A stretch of 63,163 nt of DNA from Bacillota bacterium (GTDB lineage: Bacteria > Vulcanimicrobiota > SpSt-956 > JAKJGF01). Location: assembly GCA_022704525.1 (NCBI GenBank), contig JAKJGF010000001.1:1-63163 (forward strand). Direction: 5' to 3'. Of the stretch, positions 16,392-26,657 are shown piece by piece. The stretch's first letter is position 1; every line of letters starts with the position of its first letter. Both the position numbers and the translations under genes were made by a program. Below the pieces are notes generated by a model, which saw nothing but the letters and a program-made list of their open reading frames with translations, did not search any database and was not told the DNA's origin.

Positions 16392-18271
16392 TTATTTTTT
16401 TCCCCTTTTGTTTTCAGATATATAGATAATATAGAGATATCAGCAGGGGTTATTCCCGAAAGCCTGCTTGCCTGTCCCAGAGAAAGAGGTCTGATTTTAT
16501 TTAGTTTTTCTATGCCTTCTCTGGATAATGAAGGAATAATATTATAATTTATATCATCAGGTATAAGGGTCTCTTCGAGTTTTTTCGTTTTTTCTATATA
16601 ATCGAGTTCCTTCTTTATATATCCCTCATATTTAATTTCTATTTCTATTTGCTTCATAAGACTTCGGGAAAGATCCGGCCTTTCTCTGTCAAGTAGGGAG
16701 AGAGATTTATAAGTAATATCAGGACGTCTCATCAGTTCTTTTAAAGAGACGTTAAATGCTGGTTTTTGTCCGGTAATTTTCATAAAATTTTCTTTTTCTC
16801 CTTCTCCCAGACCAACCTTAATTTTCTCAAGTCTTTTTAACTCATTATAAAATTTTTCCATTTTCTCTTTATATTTTTTATATCTTTTATCAGATATGAG
16901 GCCGAGTTTATAACCTGCAGGAGTCAGTCTTTGATCTGCATTATCCTGACGTAACATAAGTCGATATTCAGCTCTGGAGGTAAACATACGATATGGTTCA
17001 GACGTGCCTTTGGTTATAAGGTCATCTATAAGTACCCCTGTATATGCTTCTGATCGTTTTAATATGAAAGGTTTCTCCCCTCTAATCCTCAGAACTGCAT
17101 TGATACCTGCCATAATACCCTGAGCTGCTGCTTCCTCATAACCGGAGGTTCCATTAATTTGACCTGCCAGAAATAAACCTTTTATCTTTTTTGTTTCCAG
17201 TGTTGGATAAAGCTGTGTGGGATAGACAAAATCATATTCGATTCCATAGCCGTACCGCATTATTTCCACTTCTTCCAGACCTGGAATTGTTCTGAGCATC
17301 GCAAGCTGTACATCTTCAGGCAGACTTGTAGACATACCCTGAACGTAAATTTCATTTGTATCGAGTCCCTCCGGTTCAAGAAATACCTGATGGGAAATTC
17401 TATCAGGGAATTTAAATACTTTGTCTTCTATAGAAGGACAGTATCTGGGACCTATACCTGTAATCCTTCCACTGTAAAGTGGAGAACGGTTAAGATTATT
17501 AAGAATGATGCTTCTTGTTTGTTCATTAGTATAGGTGAGATAGCAGGATATCTGTTTTTCTGGGAGCACTTCAGGAGAATCAAAAGAAAAAACCATAGGT
17601 TCTGAAGATGGTTCCTGGGGAATAGTTCTGGAAAAATCAACAGTATTTTTATTTACTCTTGCTGTTGTTCCTGTCTTAAGTCTTCCTAATTCTAAACCAA
17701 GTTCTTTAAGAGACAGGGAGAGTTTATTCGAAGGGAATTCTCCTGCTCTGCCTGCAGGAAAGCTGGTAAGGCCTATATGAATTATCCCCCTTAAGAAGGT
17801 ACCTGTAGTAACTATTACACTATTACCTTCATAGAAATTGCCTGTCTCTGTCACTACTCCAAGAACTTTAGCATTTTCTACAATAATTTCTTGTACCATA
17901 GCCTGTTTTAGATAAAGTCTCTCCTGGTTTTCGAGTACTCTCTTCATACGCTCTTTATATTTGAACTTATCGGCCTGGGCACGGAGAGCCTGAACAGCAG
18001 GGCCTTTACTCGTATTGAGCATCCTTATGTGTATATGAGTTTCATCTGTATTTTTTCCTATTTCTCCTCCAAGAGCATCTACTTCTCTTGCAAGATTTGC
18101 CTTTGCAGGCCCACCAATACTGGGATTACATGGCATAAGAGCTACAGTATCTATATTAATTGTAAGGATAAGAGTGATACAACCCATTCTGGCTGCAGAT
18201 AGAGCGGCTTCACATCCAGCATGACCTGCACCTACAACGATTACGTCGTATTTTCTGGGATAAGTAATCAT
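16376..18271 (-). CDS. mnmG: tRNA uridine 5-carboxymethylaminomethyl modification enzyme MnmG (GidA)
   Basis: 631 aa. [50 protein letters not shown]. Confidence 0.95.
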   Translation of the reverse strand: MITYPRKYDVIVVGAGHAGCEAALSAARMGCITLILTINIDTVALMPCNPSIGGPAKANLAREVDALGGEIGKNTDETHIHIRMLNTSKGPAVQALRAQADKFKYKERMKRVLENQERLYLKQAMVQEIIVENAKVLGVVTETGNFYEGNSVIVTTGTFLRGIIHIGLTSFPAGRAGEFPSNKLSLSLKELGLELGRLKTGTTARVNKNTVDFSRTIPQEPSSEPMVFSFDSPEVLPEKQISCYLTYTNEQTRSIILNNLNRSPLYSGRITGIGPRYCPSIEDKVFKFPDRISHQVFLEPEGLDTNEIYVQGMSTSLPEDVQLAMLRTIPGLEEVEIMRYGYGIEYDFVYPTQLYPTLETKKIKGLFLAGQINGTSGYEEAAAQGIMAGINAVLRIRGEKPFILKRSEAYTGVLIDDLITKGTSEPYRMFTSRAEYRLMLRQDNADQRLTPAGYKLGLISDKRYKKYKEKMEKFYNELKRLEKIKVGLGEGEKENFMKITGQKPAFNVSLKELMRRPDITYKSLSLLDRERPDLSRSLMKQIEIEIKYEGYIKKELDYIEKTKKLEETLIPDDINYNIIPSLSREGIEKLNKIRPLSLGQASRLSGITPADISILSIYLKTKGEKNKCIHL

Positions 18272-18311
18272 TTTTTATGCTCACCTCAGTAGTTTTACCA
18301 TTGCATGAATA

Positions 18312-18346
18312 AATTTCGGGTTTCAGCAAACCTGAAACCCGAAATT
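18312..18346. terminator. perfect 15-bp stem-loop between plsX and mnmG
   Basis: AATTTCGGGTTTCAG-CAAAC-CTGAAACCCGAAATT. The arms are built from heptamers (CTGAAAC CCGAAAT). The trailing T-run is weak, so the terminator role is uncertain. Confidence 0.45.
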
Positions 18347-18356
18347 CGACTTTATC

Positions 18357-19343
18357 TTATTCTACATGAAATTTACATGAGATTTCTTTGACAACTCCAC
18401 TTTTGACAAATTCCATAGCCATTTTTATGGCATTTTTAATAGTTTTTGCTATAGCCCTTCCATGGGTAATTATACATATACCATTTATACCTACAAGAGG
18501 GGCACCACCGTGTTCTGTATAATCAAGTCTTTTCTGAGCTTTACTCATAATTGTTTTAAATTCTTCTGAAAAGTTTTTATCAGACCATATTTTCACTGCT
18601 TCCTGTTTTAGAAGAGTTACTATGAAATTAGCTACACCTTCACCGGTTTTAAGAACCATATTGCCTGTAAATCCATCACAGACAACTACATTGGCCTTAT
18701 TAAATAGAAGTTCTGTACCTTCAACATTCCCTATAAAATTTATATCTGCTTTTGATAATAATTTATATGCTTTAAGGGTAAGATCATTTCCTTTGGTAGA
18801 TTCTTCTCCTATATTCAATAATCCTATTTTGGGTTTTTCTATATTATAAGCAGTCTTTGCGAGTAAATCTCCCATAAGTGCAAATTGAAGCAGAAATTCA
18901 GGTTTGCAATCTTTATTAGCTCCTGCATCTAACATAATAACTGTCCCATATATTCCGGGCCAGAGTGTTGCAACAGCCGGTCTCTCTACACCGGGTATAC
19001 GGCCTATCTTAAAAAGGCATGCTGCTACAGCAGCTCCGGTATTGCCTGCTGAAACCATGGCATCTGCTTCTCCTTCTCCAACTAACTGTGCAGAAACTAC
19101 TATAGATGCATCTTTTTTCTTTCTGACTCCTTTAGATGGCGATTCCCCCATTTCTATAACCTCAGAAGCATGACGTACCTTAATAAGTTCTGTTTTGGGA
19201 CAATCTTTAAGATATGTATATATCTGTTTTTCATCACCTACTAAAATTGCTTCTACTCCATATTCCATAGCTCCCTCTACGGCACCCAGAACAATTTCCT
19301 TTGGAGCAAAATCTCCTCCCATTGCATCAATGGCTATTCTCAT
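18357..19343 (-). CDS. plsX: phosphate acyltransferase PlsX
   Basis: MRIAIDAMGGDFAP start at 19343, preceded by GAAGGTGG (the tracked ORF extends to 19436). Also GNVEG and DGFTGN motifs. Confidence 0.9.
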   Translation of the reverse strand: MRIAIDAMGGDFAPKEIVLGAVEGAMEYGVEAILVGDEKQIYTYLKDCPKTELIKVRHASEVIEMGESPSKGVRKKKDASIVVSAQLVGEGEADAMVSAGNTGAAVAACLFKIGRIPGVERPAVATLWPGIYGTVIMLDAGANKDCKPEFLLQFALMGDLLAKTAYNIEKPKIGLLNIGEESTKGNDLTLKAYKLLSKADINFIGNVEGTELLFNKANVVVCDGFTGNMVLKTGEGVANFIVTLLKQEAVKIWSDKNFSEEFKTIMSKAQKRLDYTEHGGAPLVGINGICIITHGRAIAKTIKNAIKMAMEFVKSGVVKEISCKFHVE

Positions 19344-19514
19344 TCTCAAACCACCTTCAAAGTTTGCTTTCATTAGCAAATAAATATAGAAATTTTCTAT
19401 TCTCCATTTCTCCATTAATAACGTTAAATCCTTCATAGTGGAGAAATATTATAAGCTATCAGCTGAAGATTACAAATACTTACTCTCTATAATACAATTC
19501 ATAACGAACCATAG

Positions 19515-19562
19515 ATGAATGAAAAGTGAAAAGAAGAAATAATAATCGTTTCGCTTTTTACG
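19515..19562. repeat. family C (GTGAAAAG) repeat, short copy
   Basis: ATGAATGAAAAGTGAAAAGAAG...CGTTTCGCTTTTTACG in the plsX-rsmE intergenic region. Confidence 0.55.
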
Positions 19563-19594
19563 ATTTATGCCAAATTTCTATCAAGTTTACTTAA

Positions 19595-20338
19595 CTAATC
19601 TATTTTGCCTGCCTCCTGATTTTCTAATTCATATAAAATAATACTTAAAGCCACAATACCTGCTGTTTCAGTTCTTAATATTCTTGGCCCCAGAGATACA
19701 GGATAAAGACCGGAAGATTTTGCTATTTCAATTTCTTTTTCTGAAAAATCGCCTTCGGGCCCTATGAAAATAAAGATTTTCCTGTTTTTAGTTGTATTTT
19801 GAAGAATTTTTTTTAGAGAATTTTGACCTGGATAGAATATAAGCCCTAAATCTTCCTTTTTTATATTACCAAGAGATTGTTCAAAGGTAACAGGTTCTCT
19901 TATATCTACAGGCTTTAGCCTGCCAGATTGTTGAAGTGCCGCTATAGATATTTTACGCCATCTTTCGAGTTTTTGTTTATGCACTGTCTTAATACTTCTG
20001 GAGGTTATAAGAGGTTGAATTTCCTTTACTCCCAGCTCTGTCCCTTTTTGAACTATAATGTCCATCTTCTGACCTTTTGTTAAAGCCTGGCAGAGACATA
20101 CAGGTAGAAATGTTTCAACATCCGGATAAGTTATACTTAATATTTCCCCGGTAACTCTATTTTGATTTATATCTGTTGCTCTGACAGAATATTCTTTACC
20201 GGAATCATTAAATATTTTAAATATGTCTCCCTTCCTGCATCTTATTACCCGTATTAGATGTTTTGCATCCCCATCTGTAATGTTAACATAATTTGCTTTT
20301 ATGTTTTCTTCTTTAACATAGTACCTTGGTATGCTCAT
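19595..20338 (-). CDS. rsmE: 16S rRNA (uracil1498-N3)-methyltransferase RsmE
   Basis: 247 aa. PRYYV start, PUA-like N-terminus and C-terminal GPEGDFSEKEI...LGPRILRTETA motif. Confidence 0.85.
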   Translation of the reverse strand: MSIPRYYVKEENIKANYVNITDGDAKHLIRVIRCRKGDIFKIFNDSGKEYSVRATDINQNRVTGEILSITYPDVETFLPVCLCQALTKGQKMDIIVQKGTELGVKEIQPLITSRSIKTVHKQKLERWRKISIAALQQSGRLKPVDIREPVTFEQSLGNIKKEDLGLIFYPGQNSLKKILQNTTKNRKIFIFIGPEGDFSEKEIEIAKSSGLYPVSLGPRILRTETAGIVALSIILYELENQEAGKID

Positions 20339-20649
20339 TTATTTATTAGATAATCATAGGCACCTTTTTTCATAATGTTTACTGCAATTTCCTCATCACC
20401 GGCACCTGTGGTTAGAATAAAGGGTGTGTTTTGCAGAAGATCAATAATATCAAATACTGTACCATCAGGGAGAAGATAATCACTAATAACAATATCATAA
20501 CTTTCAAAACCCGCAATTTGTCTGGTTTCAGATACACTGGATACTATATTATAATCATATAAAAGATTTTTTCTTTTAACCAGACCTTTAAAAACTATCT
20601 CATCTATCTCCTTATCTTCTATTAATAAAATTTTATGGTGATCTATCAT
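20335..20649 (-). CDS. stand-alone response-regulator receiver domain protein
   Basis: 104 aa. ILLIEDKEID, phospho-acceptor context DIVISDYLLPDG, then TTGAGDEE...KKGAYDYL. Confidence 0.7.
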   Translation of the reverse strand: MIDHHKILLIEDKEIDEIVFKGLVKRKNLLYDYNIVSSVSETRQIAGFESYDIVISDYLLPDGTVFDIIDLLQNTPFILTTGAGDEEIAVNIMKKGAYDYLINK

Positions 20650-20681
20650 TTTATTTTTAATATCTTCCTGATTTTAATTCT

Positions 20682-23138
20682 TTAATTCAAAGGATTTATT
20701 GGATTTGGATGATTATCAGGCGGAGGGTTAGGTTCATATGGTTTATTCGGAGTAGAACCATTATAAGGATAAGTGTATGCTGGTTGAACAGGTCTGGTGG
20801 CTTCTTCTATCTCTTCAAGATAATTCTCTGCTTTATCTTTATGTTCAGGTTTAATAAAGTTTTGTAAGGATAAAATTTTATTACAATATTTTTTCCCTTC
20901 TTCATAGCTTTTTTTTTCTTTATAATCGTATGCTTTCTTAAGATAATTTTCAGCATATTTATTAAGTTTTTCTTGTAACAATTTAAATTCCGAACTATTT
21001 TTATCAACCTCTGTGTAATATTCTACAGCCTTTTTAATATTTCCATTTGTATAATACTTATCTCCTAAGGTTATGCATAGTTTGTAAAATCTACTTTTTT
21101 TACTGGTATCACCATTTTTAATAATACTTTTCAGCAAATTCAAAGCTTTGCTATAATCTTCTATGGCTATATAGCACTCGACAAGTTGACTTTTTACGTG
21201 AGAAAGCTTAGTAGAATTTTTTGGAGACAGTGAAGCTTTTGCCGTCGTATAGTTACTTATAGCTTTATCGTACTCTTTTTGATAATAATATATATCTCCA
21301 AGTTCCAGGGATGCTTCTGCTTTAGCAATCTCCTTCTCTTTAAGTACTGTGTAAATTTTTATTGCTTCTTCGGTTTTTTTATAATTTTTATACTTTTGAG
21401 CTATCTTAAATAGATCTTCAATATGAGAATCATCTATCTCGAGTTTAATAATTTCATCTAAGTAATATATAGATTCTATGCTTTTATCATCTTTCTCTGT
21501 CTCAGTTAGTTTATTAATTCTTTTAATATAGAAATTAATTGCTTCTTTTTTGTTATTCGTATTTATATAGGACTGAGCTATTATTTTAATAATATCTGTA
21601 TTTATATTTATAGAATCTAACTTAAGTTTTTCAAAACATTCAACTGCTAAATGGTACTTCTTTAAAGTATAAAATTTATTCCCCAGAGCAAAATATTTCC
21701 CATTAAGGTATGTCTCTATATTTTCATCGTTATTTTCTACGTCTTTCATAATATCAAGCTCTTTTTTAGCTGCTTCATAATATTGTTCATCTGTCATATA
21801 TATATCCAGAAGTACTTTATGAAATTCTGGATTATTATTAATATTCAAAGCTTTTTTACAGTACTTTATAGCTGAGGGATTATTTTTCCCTTTTTCTTTT
21901 TTTGCCATATATATATAGTAGATTGGATTAATTGATGTAATATACCATATACTGCCTGTAATCAGGAGTATAAAAATAAGGACTATTCCGGCGATAATAA
22001 AAGCTATTTTATTAATATTTCTTCCCGAATCAGTTGTGAGTTCTTTAACGTCAGCAATTAAAGCCTGTGATGGGTATGCCATAGATTTAGTAGAATGAAG
22101 ATTTTTCAGATTGACTGAGGTTTTATCTTTTACTTGTTGATCCGGTAATTGACTGGATTTAAGAGTCTGATTTTCTTTTAAGAATCCACTATTCTGTTTT
22201 TTCTTTTTCCTGACATTTTTATCTGACAATAAATTTTCAAGGGCATTTTCCATTTCTTCTGCTGTTTGAAATCTGTCATCTATATCCTGAGAAAGTGCCT
22301 GCATAACTATTTCTTCAAGTTCTTCCGATACCACTGGATTAACCTTGCGGAGAGGTTTAAAAGAAAATGGAACAAGAGGCACTTCGCCGGCTAATAAACA
22401 ATGCATTGTAGCACCCATTGAATATATGTCAGAACGTGGTTCTGCTTTACCATAAAACATTTCCTCCGAAGCAAATACAGGTGTACCAATTGCTGTCATA
22501 GTAGTCTGTTTGTCAGGGAAAACCTTTCTTGCTATGCCGAAGTCTACCAGTATAGCTCTATTATCGGAATTCCGAATCATTATATTTCCAGGTTTTAAAT
22601 CTCTATATACTATTGGCGGGTTTTGATTATGAAGATAATCTAAAGCATCCAGAATATCTATAGCCCATGGAATAACCTGTTCTTCCGGGAGTCCTACAGG
22701 AAAAGAAGCTTCCATAATGGAGGATAAATCATGGCCTTCTACAAAATCCATTACCAGGTAATATCGTCCGTGTTCTATAAAATAATCCAGTACAACAGGA
22801 AGATTAGGATGTCTTAGAACATGAAGAATTTCTGCTTCTTTTTGAAAAGCCTGTATCATATATTGCTGTTCAGCTGTATTACTTGTTTGAGAACGCATTT
22901 CCTTTACTGCACAATGTCTGTCAGTAAATCTCATGTCTACTGCCAGATAAATGGCACCCATACCTCCGGCTTTTATTTTACGTTTTATGGCATATCTTTT
23001 GTCAAGTACTACTCCACCTTTTAGAGCGCCGCTTTCTGTGAGGTTTACCACTTTATCCCCGCAACCTTTACAAAATTTGGCATCTTCCTTGTTCTGATAA
23101 CCACATTTGTCACAGAATATCATCTGATTAAACCTCAA
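20682..23138 (-). CDS. Ser/Thr protein kinase with N-terminal zinc ribbon, one TM helix and a large C-terminal TPR-like domain
   Basis: CDKCGYQN...CKGCG; GGMGAIYLA, AVKEM, YRDLKPGNIM, DFGIA. TM helix IAFIIAGIVLIFILLITGSIWYI. The C-terminus is repetitive with Y/K/A-rich TPR-like helices. Confidence 0.85.
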   Translation of the reverse strand: MRFNQMIFCDKCGYQNKEDAKFCKGCGDKVVNLTESGALKGGVVLDKRYAIKRKIKAGGMGAIYLAVDMRFTDRHCAVKEMRSQTSNTAEQQYMIQAFQKEAEILHVLRHPNLPVVLDYFIEHGRYYLVMDFVEGHDLSSIMEASFPVGLPEEQVIPWAIDILDALDYLHNQNPPIVYRDLKPGNIMIRNSDNRAILVDFGIARKVFPDKQTTMTAIGTPVFASEEMFYGKAEPRSDIYSMGATMHCLLAGEVPLVPFSFKPLRKVNPVVSEELEEIVMQALSQDIDDRFQTAEEMENALENLLSDKNVRKKKKQNSGFLKENQTLKSSQLPDQQVKDKTSVNLKNLHSTKSMAYPSQALIADVKELTTDSGRNINKIAFIIAGIVLIFILLITGSIWYITSINPIYYIYMAKKEKGKNNPSAIKYCKKALNINNNPEFHKVLLDIYMTDEQYYEAAKKELDIMKDVENNDENIETYLNGKYFALGNKFYTLKKYHLAVECFEKLKLDSININTDIIKIIAQSYINTNNKKEAINFYIKRINKLTETEKDDKSIESIYYLDEIIKLEIDDSHIEDLFKIAQKYKNYKKTEEAIKIYTVLKEKEIAKAEASLELGDIYYYQKEYDKAISNYTTAKASLSPKNSTKLSHVKSQLVECYIAIEDYSKALNLLKSIIKNGDTSKKSRFYKLCITLGDKYYTNGNIKKAVEYYTEVDKNSSEFKLLQEKLNKYAENYLKKAYDYKEKKSYEEGKKYCNKILSLQNFIKPEHKDKAENYLEEIEEATRPVQPAYTYPYNGSTPNKPYEPNPPPDNHPNPINPLN

Positions 23139-23325
23139 GGATTATAATTCTTATAATAAATACTTTTTTTTATTATACCAGAAAGCTTTAATTATGTATA
23201 TACAGTGATGAAATAACTTTTTAGAATTATATTTTTTTATTCATACAGATTTATTTATAGAAGGAAAAGAATAAATTTTATTGAATTTTTTTATATAAAT
23301 TTATTTTGAAAGGGAACCTCTGACT

Positions 23326-24876
23326 TTGAAAAAAAAGTATTTTAAACTTTCAGTATTTATCATTGTTATTCTTTTATTTACTTTTAAATGTTTTGTCACT
23401 TTTGGTGAGACATCAAAAGAAGTTAAAAATATTGCAAATCAAGCCAAGACTCTTATAAAGGAAGGCAAGTACTTAAAAGCTATAGAAAAACTGGAAAAGG
23501 CCAGAAAGTTTGATGCGAATTACGGGCCTATATATTTTTACCTTGGTCTGGCTTATCATTTAGATGCCAGAGATTTTAATAAAGCAATAGTTCATTATAA
23601 AAGATATATTAATCTATCTCCTGAGGATGAATATGTAAATGTTGCTAAATATAATATAGGTGATTGTTATCTATGTCTGGATCTTAAAGAGGATGCTATT
23701 AAGTGGCTGAATAAAGCAAAGGAAGAATTTTATAATAATAACGATGCAAAGTATTATAAAATGGCTTTGAATAAACTGATAGATATAACTTCTGGAGCGA
23801 AACGCCAGGCCTATGTGAAAGAAAGAGATAACCCCCGTCCTACTGTTACACCTAAAGTATCGGTTATCCTTAAAACTACGCCTACCCCAAAACCAACAGA
23901 TACACCTGTTTCTGAAATTACAATTCCTCCTCTACCGACTAATACACCTGTTCCTTTATCACAACCTACCGATACACCTGTTCCTTTACCACAACCTACC
24001 GATACACCTGTTCCTTTACCGCAACCTACCAATACGTCTGTACCTCTTCCTGCTGATACTGTTGTTCCTCTGCCAGAACCTACTTCTACACCTGTAATTC
24101 CTGTTATGACAACACCTGTTACTATTATAAGTAATGAGATGATTTTAATACCTGCCGGTCATTTCTGGATGGGATCTGATAAAACGGATAAGGATGCATT
24201 ACCACAGGAAAAACCCAAACATAAAGTATATCTGAGAGATTATAAAATAGACAGATATGAAGTGTCAAATGCTCAATACTGTGAATTTCTGAAGGCAAAA
24301 AAAGCTGAAGGAGATGGAAGATATAAGTGGATTGATATAGATAACAAAGAATGTAGAATTGCGAGACACAATGGTAGTTATATTGTTGAAGACGGATATG
24401 AAAATTATCCTGTTGTATGTGTTTCCTGGTATGGCGCCAATGAATTTGGCACCTGGACCGGAAAAAGTTTACCTACTGAGGCAGAGTGGGAAAAAGCATC
24501 AAGAGGAACATCTGGAAGAATATACCCCTGGGGTAATGTATGGGATCCTCTGAAATGTGTTAACAGTATTGGTGGAGAAAAAGGAATACTTATGGAAATA
24601 GGTAAGTCTATTGAAAGCCCTACACCAGATTATAAAATTATGAATATGGCCAGTAATATTTCGGAATGGTGTTCTGATTATTACAGTGAAGATTATTATA
24701 CAGTAAGTCCCAATAATAATCCTTTCGGCCCTGATAGTGGTTCTCTGAAATCAGTCCGTGGCGGCAATTATAAAAGTGACAAGATATTTTATTTTCGAAC
24801 AACCTATCGCAGAGGGATTAATCCCACTGAAACACATCCTTTAATTGGTTTCAGACTGGTGACAATTTTTCAATAG
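23326..24876 (+). CDS. secreted TPR + Pro/Thr-linker + FGE-sulfatase-domain protein
   Basis: TTG start. Signal-like KLSVFIIVILLFTFKCFVTFG. TPR region. P/T-rich linker with 30-bp repeats (23941-24030) encoding PTDTPVPLPQ. C-terminus: GHFWMGS, YPVVCVSWYGA, LPTEAEWEKA, RGGNY, IGFRLV. Confidence 0.8.
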   Translation: MKKKYFKLSVFIIVILLFTFKCFVTFGETSKEVKNIANQAKTLIKEGKYLKAIEKLEKARKFDANYGPIYFYLGLAYHLDARDFNKAIVHYKRYINLSPEDEYVNVAKYNIGDCYLCLDLKEDAIKWLNKAKEEFYNNNDAKYYKMALNKLIDITSGAKRQAYVKERDNPRPTVTPKVSVILKTTPTPKPTDTPVSEITIPPLPTNTPVPLSQPTDTPVPLPQPTDTPVPLPQPTNTSVPLPADTVVPLPEPTSTPVIPVMTTPVTIISNEMILIPAGHFWMGSDKTDKDALPQEKPKHKVYLRDYKIDRYEVSNAQYCEFLKAKKAEGDGRYKWIDIDNKECRIARHNGSYIVEDGYENYPVVCVSWYGANEFGTWTGKSLPTEAEWEKASRGTSGRIYPWGNVWDPLKCVNSIGGEKGILMEIGKSIESPTPDYKIMNMASNISEWCSDYYSEDYYTVSPNNNPFGPDSGSLKSVRGGNYKSDKIFYFRTTYRRGINPTETHPLIGFRLVTIFQ

Positions 24877-24946
24877 AAAGATTTTCTTGTTTTTTCTATA
24901 TATTTAAACTATAATAAAAGATCAAATTATATTTAAGGAGGAGAAT

Positions 24947-26056
24947 ATACTGAAAAAAATAATTCTTTCTGTCTTCCTTGGTTTTTTTCTCTTCTCTTTA
25001 TTACCTGGATGTAATAAAGAGAAAACCTCTCTGGAAAATACTCCTGTACCTACTCTATCGGAAATAACTCCTGAAGCTACAGTTTCTGTGACAGTTTCGC
25101 CTGGTGCTCTTGTCACTCCTTATGCTACAGATAAACCTTCCGGGGGAACACCGGTTTCTTCAGAAAATTCGAAACCGACTGTAACTGCAGAAATAAGAGT
25201 CCGCCACATAGTAGTAAAAACGAAAGAAGAGGCAGAGGAAATACTGGCAAGATTAAAAAAAGGTGAGGATTTTACTAAAGTGGCTCTTGAAAAATCTCTC
25301 TGTCCTTCTAAAGCACAGGGCGGTGATCTGGGGCTTTTCTCCAGAGGTAGTAATCTGGTAAAAGAGTTTGAAGATGCTTCTTTTTTACTTGAAGTTGGTG
25401 AAATAAGTAAGCCTGTTCAAACAAAGTTCGGCTGGCATATTATACAGAGGATAGAACCAGATATGAAAATTGAGAGAGAAACTGTAAGGGTTTGTCATAT
25501 ACAGGTTCCTACTGAAAAAGAGGCAGAAGAAATACTGGGGAGATTGAAAAAAGGGGAAGATTTTATTAAATTGGCTCTTGAAAAATCTTATTGTAATTCC
25601 AGGAAAGAAGGTGGAGTTATAAAGCCATTTTCCAGGGGGATTATGGGATTACAATTAAAAGAATTTGAAGATGCTGCTTTTGCCCTTAAGGTTGGTGAAA
25701 TCAGTAAACCAGTAAAAACAAGGTTCGGGTGGCATATTATAAAAAGAATAGATATGGAGATGAAGATTATCATGCCAGAATTAAAAAAGATTAAAGCCAG
25801 TCATATACTGGTAGATACAAAAGAAGAAGCAGATGAACTCTACAAGTTAGTAAAAGAAAAGAAATCTGACTTTGCTAAACTCGCAAAGGAAAATTCAAAG
25901 TGTCCTTCAAAGAATCAGGGTGGTGATCTCGGTGAATTTACACAGGGTGATATGGTAAGAGAATTTGAAGATGCCGCTTTTTCGCTTAAAGTTGGTGAAA
26001 TCAGTAAACCAGTAAAAACACAATTTGGATGGCATATTATAGAAAGAACTGAATAA
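24947..26056 (+). CDS. lipoprotein with three tandem PpiC/parvulin-type peptidyl-prolyl isomerase domains
   Basis: Three copies of H(I/L)(V/Q)V....EA(E/D)E(I/L)....K.GEDF..LA.E.S.C.S...GG.LG.F..G.M..EFEDA.F.L.VGEIS.PV.T.FGWHII. The tracked ORF starts at GTG 25088. The frame is open from 24908 and encodes [20 protein letters not shown] (signal plus lipobox-like LPGC) just after AAGGAGG (24935-24941), so a non-canonical ATA/CTG start at 24947/24950 is likely. Confidence 0.75.
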   Translation: MLKKIILSVFLGFFLFSLLPGCNKEKTSLENTPVPTLSEITPEATVSVTVSPGALVTPYATDKPSGGTPVSSENSKPTVTAEIRVRHIVVKTKEEAEEILARLKKGEDFTKVALEKSLCPSKAQGGDLGLFSRGSNLVKEFEDASFLLEVGEISKPVQTKFGWHIIQRIEPDMKIERETVRVCHIQVPTEKEAEEILGRLKKGEDFIKLALEKSYCNSRKEGGVIKPFSRGIMGLQLKEFEDAAFALKVGEISKPVKTRFGWHIIKRIDMEMKIIMPELKKIKASHILVDTKEEADELYKLVKEKKSDFAKLAKENSKCPSKNQGGDLGEFTQGDMVREFEDAAFSLKVGEISKPVKTQFGWHIIERTE

Positions 26057-26072
26057 TTATCTATATTTTTTA

Positions 26073-26096
26073 TTGTTAACAAAATATTAACATTTT
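26073..26096 (+). promoter_or_regulatory. palindromic TTGTTAACAA box plus ATTAACAT, upstream of the RiPP-like precursor
   Basis: TTGTTAACAAAATATTAACATTTT lies ~90-110 nt upstream of the ATG at 26183. The same 10-bp palindrome occurs at 40068-40077 and 44791-44800. Confidence 0.35.
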
Positions 26097-26182
26097 GCTA
26101 TTTACTATATATGTTTTATAGTATACAATAAGTATATGAGGGAATTAGAGAGATTTCATTAATCTTAGAAGGAGAGATTTAA

Positions 26183-26635
26183 ATGGATAGTTTAAATGTA
26201 AATGTTCAGAAGGGATCGACCAGGTTCATAACAAGTAAACAACCTGAAAAGTCGGAACCTAAAGACAGAGTAGACCTTTTAAATGAACAGGTTGATAAAG
26301 GAACATTATCAAAGGATATAGCTGCCAGATTAAAAGAACTTAAAAAGCAGAATATTCAGGATAATCAACCGGATACAGGAGTGACAAAATGTTATTTACC
26401 TGTGTATGGCGATGACTATGGCCCCTGGTTTAAAGGTAAAGATGAGAAAATATTATTCCCGAAACCTCCTCTGTGCTATCTTCCGATGAAAGAGGGAATA
26501 ACAGTTGATCCACCCATACTCTGTTATGCACCAATGAAAGATAAAGCAATAATTGATCCACCCATACTCTGTTATGCACCAATGAAAGCAGAAGAAAAAA
26601 TGTGGCCCAAACCTTTATGCTACCTTGCAGGATAA
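26183..26635 (+). CDS. candidate RiPP precursor / radical-SAM substrate protein with five C-Y repeat motifs
   Basis: GAAGGAGA RBS. 150 aa with no signal peptide. It has only five Cys (70, 98, 114, 130, 146), each followed by Tyr: KCYLPV, PPLCYLPMK, PPILCYAPMK (twice), KPLCYLAG-stop. Radical SAM/SPASM genes lie immediately downstream. Confidence 0.7.
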   Translation: MDSLNVNVQKGSTRFITSKQPEKSEPKDRVDLLNEQVDKGTLSKDIAARLKELKKQNIQDNQPDTGVTKCYLPVYGDDYGPWFKGKDEKILFPKPPLCYLPMKEGITVDPPILCYAPMKDKAIIDPPILCYAPMKAEEKMWPKPLCYLAG

Positions 26636-26657
26636 TATAGCTTGTTCTGAGACAGAG

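Noticed and set aside
24922-25116. 64-aa minus-strand ORF upstream of the parvulin gene.
   Set aside because: It is antisense to an in-frame lipoprotein signal peptide that follows a perfect RBS on the plus strand.
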